From Candidatus Iainarchaeum sp. (GTDB lineage: Archaea; Iainarchaeota; Iainarchaeia; Iainarchaeales; CSSED10-239): a DNA stretch of 32,000 nucleotides. Both the position numbers and the translations under genes were made by a program. A model generated the notes under the pieces. That model saw nothing but the letters and a program-made list of their open reading frames with translations, did no database searches and was not told where the DNA came from. Each line of letters opens with the position of its first letter. Within the stretch, counting starts at the first letter, position 1. The stretch covers positions 126,418 to 158,417 of the forward strand of contig JBBISB010000001.1 in the NCBI GenBank assembly GCA_037441475.1. The letters are read 5' to 3'. Below are positions 9,731 through 17,072 of this stretch, one piece after another.

Positions 9731-9749
9731 TAACTATAAAATATAGTTA
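9731..9749. repeat. Perfect short inverted repeat TAACTATA-AAA-TATAGTTA
   Basis: 8-bp arms with 3-nt spacer read directly in the intergenic region. Very AT-rich, so chance occurrence is plausible. Confidence 0.4.
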
Positions 9750-9774
9750 AACAATATATTTATATATCTTACTT

Positions 9775-12700
9775 TTAACTACATTTTAAAGAATCTTGAG
9801 GAGAATCTATAAACTTTTGAGAGAATATCTCTGTTTGGTTATAAAAGAACTCAGAGGAAGAACCATCAGAGGAGTTAACCACACATACTTTGTTCTCTCT
9901 AATCATATTAAAGACGTCAGCGATAGAGGAAACAGCAAGATTACCCTCTCCTAAAGAAACACTAGAAGAATAACTAGTACCATTAGTTGAAAATCTAACA
10001 TTTACGCCTTGACTAGTTCTATTTTCAAGAGAGTATGTCTGCTTTTCAGGAGCATAAAAGATTGTTCTTAAATAGATCTTTCCTGTTCTATTAATCTGTG
10101 GCCAATCTATAAGGAAGGCAAAGGTTGCTCCTTCTGCGCCTGCATATCTATCATTATAACTCATGTTATATATGCTATTACCAGAAAAGTCACAACCTGA
10201 ACCTACGCCTGTCCATCTTAGAAGAGAGGTTAAAGATATAGCATTATCTGAACTATCTTTTAACCTATAGTAGACATTCAAAGGAGTGTTATTTCCTTTA
10301 TCTATACTCATTAAAAGAGGTATTGGAGAGCTTGGTGTTAAAAGAAGATCAATATTATTATACTGATCGTACTTAAGGCTTAATAAATTACCTCTTGTCT
10401 CTATATTTGAATTAATCTTTGAAAGATCATTTGATTTTGTAATATTTATGTTCTTTAAAGCATTTGAACCATAATCAGAGTCTGTTACAGTATAGTCATT
10501 ATCAATTCTTATGGAGTCTCCTGTGTATGAAACACCATACCCTTGTCTATTATACCCTGAGTTTGTTTTTCCAACAAAACCATTAAATGGCATTCTATAG
10601 AAGATACTGTCTGTTTCAGGAGAAGAGATAAACCTTAAAGTAACAAAGGCATTAACATCAACATCATTTCCTTCTTTAAATTTCCAAGAAGCATTATCAA
10701 ATAAGAAATCTATTCTTACTTTATATTTTCCAGGAACATTTATATTAACATTGTTTACTTCATTTGAATATTCTTTAACAAACTTTAAATTATTTTTAAA
10801 AAGTAAAGATAAATAATCATTTGAATATACTGTAGGAGATGCCATTATAGCATAGTTACCTGTACCTGTTCCATCTTTTTTAGATGCAAGTCCACCGTAA
10901 GCTATATCAAAGTCTTTTATAAAACTTTCATTGTATTTATCAGTTATTAAGTATGCATCAAACTCTAAGATATTTTTAAGCTTTATAATATCTTCTTCAG
11001 GCCAACCTGAACCAACAACATTATCAGGGTACATTTGTTTATTAAGCCACATATCTAAATAACTTGTTCCATCATACCTTGCGGTTGTTGCAGGGACAAG
11101 ACATTCTGATGTATTTGTATATTCATAGACAGATAAAGATAACAGAGAATTAAACACACTATGTTGTATAAAATTATTTGAAGAATTATAAACAATGTTT
11201 AAAGAAAGATTATCAGCAATTATTACTGGATTATTTTCAAAGTGATATAGGATTGCTGTAATATCATTATCAACAATTATTATTGGAATAGTCTCTTTAA
11301 TTTCAGAAACCGCTTTGAAAGATCCTAAACTTTCATCAAATATTTCTATTTTTTTAGGAGTATAGTTTGAAAGCTTTAATGATAAGGTACCGTTATCAAC
11401 AACACTATTTCTGTTTTCAAGAGTAACTTTAATTATTAAAGAGTTATTTTCAGTATTTATTCTTACTGAGTTTATACCTGATCTATTTACAGGAATCTCA
11501 TTATCTAATCTTGAAGGCTCTGCAGAAACAACATACCCCCCATTTTTATTTTTGTTATCTATTTGAGAATAACTTATAGGACATTGAACTGTTTTTAAAG
11601 AAATTAATTTTTCAGCTTCATTTATTCTGTTTAAAACAACCTGTGATAATTGTGTAGCATCACAGTATGTTTCACTACATTTAGTAGTATCTTGTAAATT
11701 CCATTTCCAATCAAGAGAGATGTTTGGAACAGCACCCTCTCCTGTCTTTCCTGATCTTCCGGTATCAGTAACACAATCTTGTAAATTAAGATCATAGTTA
11801 GGAGTTTCTTCTGGTTTTGTTAAAAAGAAACCTACTCTGTATTTTCCAAAGTCATCTGAAAATATATGGTTGTCAGAAGAACTATTTTCATTTAATGTAG
11901 GAACAATTGTATTTTCTTTAAAGAAATATTTTCTAGAATCATTATGAACCTGAGAATATAAGGCATCATCTAAGGTGTATTTTAAAGCCTTAATACCTGC
12001 TTGCTCAGGCCATACTTCTTTATTGTTTTTACAAACAAGATAAGCATTATGTTTTAAATTAACTTCATTTCTAGGATACCCTCCTTGACAAGAAATATTA
12101 AATTTATAAGTACCTTCTTCTTCTACAAACACATAATACATTGAACAACCATCATACTTATCAAAGTTGTTTGTTATTGAAACAAACTCTTGATTTGAAG
12201 GGCATTTATTTATTATGTTTGTAAATGTTTTTTTCTTAATTAATTTTCCTTTAACATTTAATTCTGATTTATAGTAATTGATGTTTTTAAGACCAGTTAA
12301 GTCAACAACTGATAAACTTAAATTTTCTGAACTAAGATTATTTAAAGTAATTTCTTTATATTCTGTAGAAAAATAAGATAAATTAAAGTCAGTAGTTAAA
12401 AAATCTTGTTCAACATCATAAATATTTGTAAAAGTTGGAGCTAATGCAGCTATAGCTAATAATGCCCCTCCTCCAATCCAACCCCATACAGGAACTACTA
12501 ATAAAGCACCAACAATACCAATCTCTGCAAGTATAGATGATGCAATTATGCCTATTGATACCCCACTTGTTGCCCATAAAAGAGGATCTGTGCCCTTACT
12601 TGAAGATAATTCATCAAAAGGAATAAAATTAATATTTCTTTGATATGGGTTGTAGTCTTTATTAAAATTTGTAATTGTGAAATCACTTTGACTTTGGTTT

Positions 12701-15700
12701 AAAAAATGCCATAATGTCTTCTCTAAATTATTATTATAAAGTCTTGTAACTTCTGAAGTCTTATTTTCATTAATCTCAATAAAAGGATCTTCCATCCATA
12801 AACCATTTTGGTCCTTTGCATTTATTTTTAAAAGAACAAAAGAAAATGCAAGCTCTCTTTGGAAGTTATTAACAACAGAGACTCTATTGTTTAAGATGTA
12901 AGCACCAGGTGCCTTTGTTGAATCTCTTTTTATAGTCACTGTTTTTTGAGCATCAAGTAAAGAGAAGTTTAAGATATTTCTTTCTTCATCAGTATTTAAG
13001 ATTTTTAAATCTCTACAACCATCATCAAAAGCATCACAAAGATCCATTCTAAAGGTTGCTTTTCCTACACATTTATTATTAATAGTTAAATTATTTTCTT
13101 CAATACCATTTAGAACATAAAGACCACCAGAGTTAATGGTTTTTCCTGTATTGTCAACATATCCAAAACACTCAGTTAAATCCATTAAAGAAAGATTTGC
13201 TTTTAAAATAACTTCTTTTGCTCCATTGTTTACAAAGACAAGACCTTGTTCAGTCTCTACTTGAGCATTAAGATGTATGTTTGTTTTAACTTCTGCAAAC
13301 TTAGTTCCATTAGGGTTAAAGGTTAAGTCTATTTTATAAATTTCCTCAGGTCTCATTTCAGGAATAACAATTCTGTAATAGTTTTCAGATAACTGTATCT
13401 GACTTGCAGAAGCAGGCCCTATAAGCTTAAAGAAATAAACACCAAATCTATCTCCTTGTGAAGTTATCTTAGCTTGAACATTCTTAACAGCTATTGGTGT
13501 TTTTCCTTCCTTTGAAAGACAAGTGTTAGTTATTGTTAAAGTTGTTGTTTGAGGAGAACCTGCAATTACTGTTGTCCAATCACTTACACCTTGAGTAACT
13601 ATTACACAATTATCCTCTAAAATTCCACTTCCAACAGAAAGTTTAACATTTACAGGAATATCAAACAAGTATTCATTATTGTTTAAAAGATATTTACCTG
13701 TAACTACACCTAAGATATCAACTGAAACTGGGTGGCTTCTTGCAGACTGGGAAGGAGCAAACTTAATTACAAGTTCCTTTGAGGAGTTTGCTGGTATTAT
13801 AAAACCTTCTTGAGAGGAGGTTATTTGGTTATTAAGATAATTTACAGTTTGTTCTAAGTTTAATAAATCTGATTTATTAAAAGAAACATCATGTGTGTTA
13901 AATTGTTTTAAAGAAATATCATATGCTGTTTTATTTTCTAAAACTAAAGTATATAACTCTCCATTTAAGTTTGTCTTATGGATAGAAGCTTGAAGAGGAG
14001 AAGTTGAAGTTAATAGAGAACCTTTGCTCTTAACATCTAAAATGTTTTTAGTTATTGAAAACTCTAAAGGAGTTGCATAATATTTAGACTTAATAGCCTC
14101 TATTATAAATGTCTCTCCTGTTCTTAAAGAAGGAAGAGAAATGTTTACAACACCCTTTTCGTTTGTTGTTTTACCAGTTGAAACAGTTAAAGTATCGTTA
14201 TTTACTTTTTGTAAAATATTAATATTTACACCCTCTAAAAAATTACCTTTAGAGTCCTTTACAGTAACAGTTAAAGTGAAAGGAGTTCCAGGAACAATGT
14301 TTTGAGGCTCGTAAGAAACACTCATCTTTTCAAGTTCAGAGACAACAAAGTTAATAGGTAAAGAATAAACTTCTTGTTGAGCAGAAATAACTCTGTTAAC
14401 CAACTTAGATTGTCCAAGATTTAAAGGAATTACTTCTAAAGAATAATCAATGTTTGAAAATGCAGAAAAGTTATCTTTTAAAAGTTCAGGAGCATTAAAA
14501 GGAATATTAAAGTTAGTTTCTCCTAAAGCTATATTACCAGATGATACAAACTCTCCAGATAAAGAATACTTCTTTATATTTATCATAGTTGCAGGAGTGT
14601 TATCACTCTTTAAATTTCTTGCAGAAACTCTTGCTTGAGAAAAGTTATTTGAAGAGGAGTTTGAAATTGTATATTCTAAAATATAATCTGAGTTAACCTG
14701 CATTGGAACTAATCTATTACTTCCAATATCATATCTTAAGCCCTCTAAAACATCCACATACTGACCAGAGAAACAAAAGGTGTTATTACATAAACTTGTA
14801 GCATCTACAAAGTATTGTAATTGTGAATATTGGGTATTCATAAAGTTAATAGAATTAATAGATGAAGTATAAAACAAAGATACCTTATCGTTTGTCTTAG
14901 CGTTCTTAATCCTTATAGGTATGGTTATTTCATGAACAGAGGCAGGATACCCTACTACCTGAACATTAACAAGCTTAGATTCTAAAAAGTTTCCTGAAAC
15001 TGAGAATGGTTCTTTTTCATAGTAAGTAGAAACACCTAAAGAACTGCTTTGTGGCATTATAAAAACAATATCTTCAGAAACATCAACCTTTGAACCTGCT
15101 CTAAATGCAAAATTAAAGCTAGAGGAGGAAGATGGCATTATTACCTTGTACTTAAGATAGAAAACTTCATTGTTCTTTAAAGACTCAACCTTATTTTCAG
15201 AAGTATTAAAAAGACCAAAATATTCAACAGAGACTTCATCGCCCACAAGTGCTCTTTCTAAAATAATTTCTTTAGTAACTGTTTTGTTCTTATAGATTCT
15301 AAAAAGCTCTGTAAAGTATGGAAGATAACCTGAACTTTCTATTTTAACAAAAACTCTTTTATCAGCCTTAACTTGGTTTTCTAAAAAACCATTAGCTGAG
15401 ACTAAGGAAGTTCCTAAAACTTCTAAACTTTCATAGTAAAAGGTTGCTTGAGCATCTGAGATTGAATCTCCTAGTTTGTTTTTAACATTTAACTTAATTG
15501 TTCCTTTACCTATAACTATTGGTAAAGTTATGTTTGTGTCTTCTGGTGGTGCATTATGGTATACTGAAGAAATTTCTTCTAAAAAGTCATTCTTTACTTT
15601 AATAGTAAAATTAAGATCAGGAATATTTTCAAAAGTTGAAATTCCATTTTCATCTGAAATTGAAAAACTAAATCTAGGGTCTATATACTGCCCTTGACTA

Positions 15701-17055
15701 TCGTATATCCATGTCTTGATATTCATCATTGGTTTTAAGTCTTCATCTTGTATCTTTACAACAATCTTTGAAACATTACTTATTGTTATTTTTTCTAAAT
15801 TAAAAATATATGTGCTTTGTGTTTCTAAAACAGGTAAAATATTACCTGTAATGTATCCTTCTGCTTCTGCTTTTAAAGAATAGTCTTTAGAAGTGTCTAT
15901 ATTAAAGATAAAGCCTTCATGTAAGTTTCTTTCTTCAATATTTTGGTTACCATCTAAAAGTAAGGTTACCTTAGGTGAAAAGGTTTCATCTAAGACTTCA
16001 CCAGTAGCTTTGTCTTTTATAAAAACTGTTATTTGTTTAATATTTATTTCTTGATTTGTATCAGGATTAATGATTGTTCCTGTGCTTGTATCAGCCATGA
16101 TTATCATAGCTTCAGCTTTTTTATTTTTTATAACAATTACTTGTGTTTGGTTTTGAAGATATCTATTTTGAATATCACTTGCTTTTACAATATATTCTCC
16201 TGCTTCAACAGAATTAAAGAAACCAACACCAAAGTTAGTTTGCACTGTTTTAATAGCAGTAACAGGATCATTAATTGAGAACAACTTTAAAGTGATTGAT
16301 TCTTCAATAAATAAATCTCCTGAAAGAACAGAAACTGAGATTGAACCAGTATCTCTTACTTCAACAAAAGGATTAATAGAAAATGTACTTTGTGTTGCTG
16401 GAATAGATATGCTTCTTTCATTATATCTATCACCAACAATTGTTGCTGATAATTTTTGACAGTTTGAAGGAACTCTAATAGCTAAAGTTCCATCTGTGGT
16501 GGATGCAGAGGAAGGCGTTATAATCTCTTGATTATCACAAACAATTGTAATATTAAGTTCTTCTTTAATCTTTAGGTTTGTTAAAGCATCTTCAAAGTAA
16601 ACTGTTTTTAAAAAATCTTTTTGAATGTTTAAAATAGGTATTATAAAGTTTAATGAAGGGGATGAAAAAGTTATTTCTTTTTCTGTATATTCATAACCTA
16701 CAGAATCAATTATTAAAAGATATAGTTTCTTTCTGTCTAAGGAAAGAGTTAAAGATCCATTCTGATTTGTCCTATAACTATTTAATGTTCCTTCTGATAA
16801 GTTTCTTATCTTGAAATCAAAGTTATCTAAAACATTATTTTCAGAATCAGCAAGCCTAATGGTTATATCAACCATATCTGCTCTTGAAGCTAATGAAGAA
16901 CCTAAAATAAAGTATAGAACAACTAATATTATTAATAAAAATAAAAAAAAAGAAGTTAAAGGAAATTTCTTGTCTAAAGGTCCTGTAATTTTTTTTATTG
17001 GTATTCTGTTATCTATCTTTGTTAAAATGTTTTGCCAGGTTTCTTTAAATGACAT
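9775..17055 (-). CDS. Giant N-terminally membrane-anchored surface protein D (2426 aa), beta-domain repeats, internal hydrophobic segment, shared C-terminal module
   Basis: N-terminal KKITGPLDKKFPLTSFFLFLLIILVVLYFILGSS anchor. Repeats such as KIVVKIQDEDLKPMMNIKTWIYDSQGQ and LTVTVKDSKGNFLEGVNINILQKV...TNEKGVVNISLP. C-terminal VPNISLDWKW...YCDATQL, YRMPFNGFVGK...RQGYGV and NKVCV. GAGGG lies just upstream of the ATG. Confidence 0.85.
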   Translation of the reverse strand: MSFKETWQNILTKIDNRIPIKKITGPLDKKFPLTSFFLFLLIILVVLYFILGSSLASRADMVDITIRLADSENNVLDNFDFKIRNLSEGTLNSYRTNQNGSLTLSLDRKKLYLLIIDSVGYEYTEKEITFSSPSLNFIIPILNIQKDFLKTVYFEDALTNLKIKEELNITIVCDNQEIITPSSASTTDGTLAIRVPSNCQKLSATIVGDRYNERSISIPATQSTFSINPFVEVRDTGSISVSVLSGDLFIEESITLKLFSINDPVTAIKTVQTNFGVGFFNSVEAGEYIVKASDIQNRYLQNQTQVIVIKNKKAEAMIIMADTSTGTIINPDTNQEINIKQITVFIKDKATGEVLDETFSPKVTLLLDGNQNIEERNLHEGFIFNIDTSKDYSLKAEAEGYITGNILPVLETQSTYIFNLEKITISNVSKIVVKIQDEDLKPMMNIKTWIYDSQGQYIDPRFSFSISDENGISTFENIPDLNFTIKVKNDFLEEISSVYHNAPPEDTNITLPIVIGKGTIKLNVKNKLGDSISDAQATFYYESLEVLGTSLVSANGFLENQVKADKRVFVKIESSGYLPYFTELFRIYKNKTVTKEIILERALVGDEVSVEYFGLFNTSENKVESLKNNEVFYLKYKVIMPSSSSSFNFAFRAGSKVDVSEDIVFIMPQSSSLGVSTYYEKEPFSVSGNFLESKLVNVQVVGYPASVHEITIPIRIKNAKTNDKVSLFYTSSINSINFMNTQYSQLQYFVDATSLCNNTFCFSGQYVDVLEGLRYDIGSNRLVPMQVNSDYILEYTISNSSSNNFSQARVSARNLKSDNTPATMINIKKYSLSGEFVSSGNIALGETNFNIPFNAPELLKDNFSAFSNIDYSLEVIPLNLGQSKLVNRVISAQQEVYSLPINFVVSELEKMSVSYEPQNIVPGTPFTLTVTVKDSKGNFLEGVNINILQKVNNDTLTVSTGKTTNEKGVVNISLPSLRTGETFIIEAIKSKYYATPLEFSITKNILDVKSKGSLLTSTSPLQASIHKTNLNGELYTLVLENKTAYDISLKQFNTHDVSFNKSDLLNLEQTVNYLNNQITSSQEGFIIPANSSKELVIKFAPSQSARSHPVSVDILGVVTGKYLLNNNEYLFDIPVNVKLSVGSGILEDNCVIVTQGVSDWTTVIAGSPQTTTLTITNTCLSKEGKTPIAVKNVQAKITSQGDRFGVYFFKLIGPASASQIQLSENYYRIVIPEMRPEEIYKIDLTFNPNGTKFAEVKTNIHLNAQVETEQGLVFVNNGAKEVILKANLSLMDLTECFGYVDNTGKTINSGGLYVLNGIEENNLTINNKCVGKATFRMDLCDAFDDGCRDLKILNTDEERNILNFSLLDAQKTVTIKRDSTKAPGAYILNNRVSVVNNFQRELAFSFVLLKINAKDQNGLWMEDPFIEINENKTSEVTRLYNNNLEKTLWHFLNQSQSDFTITNFNKDYNPYQRNINFIPFDELSSSKGTDPLLWATSGVSIGIIASSILAEIGIVGALLVVPVWGWIGGGALLAIAALAPTFTNIYDVEQDFLTTDFNLSYFSTEYKEITLNNLSSENLSLSVVDLTGLKNINYYKSELNVKGKLIKKKTFTNIINKCPSNQEFVSITNNFDKYDGCSMYYVFVEEEGTYKFNISCQGGYPRNEVNLKHNAYLVCKNNKEVWPEQAGIKALKYTLDDALYSQVHNDSRKYFFKENTIVPTLNENSSSDNHIFSDDFGKYRVGFFLTKPEETPNYDLNLQDCVTDTGRSGKTGEGAVPNISLDWKWNLQDTTKCSETYCDATQLSQVVLNRINEAEKLISLKTVQCPISYSQIDNKNKNGGYVVSAEPSRLDNEIPVNRSGINSVRINTENNSLIIKVTLENRNSVVDNGTLSLKLSNYTPKKIEIFDESLGSFKAVSEIKETIPIIIVDNDITAILYHFENNPVIIADNLSLNIVYNSSNNFIQHSVFNSLLSLSVYEYTNTSECLVPATTARYDGTSYLDMWLNKQMYPDNVVGSGWPEEDIIKLKNILEFDAYLITDKYNESFIKDFDIAYGGLASKKDGTGTGNYAIMASPTVYSNDYLSLLFKNNLKFVKEYSNEVNNVNINVPGKYKVRIDFLFDNASWKFKEGNDVDVNAFVTLRFISSPETDSIFYRMPFNGFVGKTNSGYNRQGYGVSYTGDSIRIDNDYTVTDSDYGSNALKNINITKSNDLSKINSNIETRGNLLSLKYDQYNNIDLLLTPSSPIPLLMSIDKGNNTPLNVYYRLKDSSDNAISLTSLLRWTGVGSGCDFSGNSIYNMSYNDRYAGAEGATFAFLIDWPQINRTGKIYLRTIFYAPEKQTYSLENRTSQGVNVRFSTNGTSYSSSVSLGEGNLAVSSIADVFNMIRENKVCVVNSSDGSSSEFFYNQTEIFSQKFIDSPQDSLKCS

Positions 17056-17072
17056 TTAATATCCCTCTTTAT

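Larger units (their letters stand above)
9705..9774 (-). promoter_or_regulatory. Possible internal promoter/regulatory region upstream of gene C
   Basis: Longest gap in the array (70 bp) and extremely AT-rich. On the minus strand it reads AAGTAAGATATATAAATATATTGTTTAACTATATTTTATAGTTATTATAATATATTTAAGGTTATAAGTT-ATG, with a TATA-box-like ATATATAAATATAT ~50-60 nt before the ATG. Confidence 0.3.

Noticed and set aside
9731-9749. The TAACTATA/TATAGTTA hairpin as a transcription terminator
   Set aside because: Stem is entirely weak and AT-rich, with no clear following T-tract on the minus strand, and the downstream genes continue closely spaced on the same strand. Kept only as a possible dyad or chance repeat.
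16811-17059. Plus-strand 82-aa ORF (MKSKLSKTLFSES...) overlapping the start of D, and 19789-19989 at the start of E
   Set aside because: Hydrophobic-looking sequence is the antisense of the TM anchor/signal peptide coding regions, not independent evidence of a gene or toxin.
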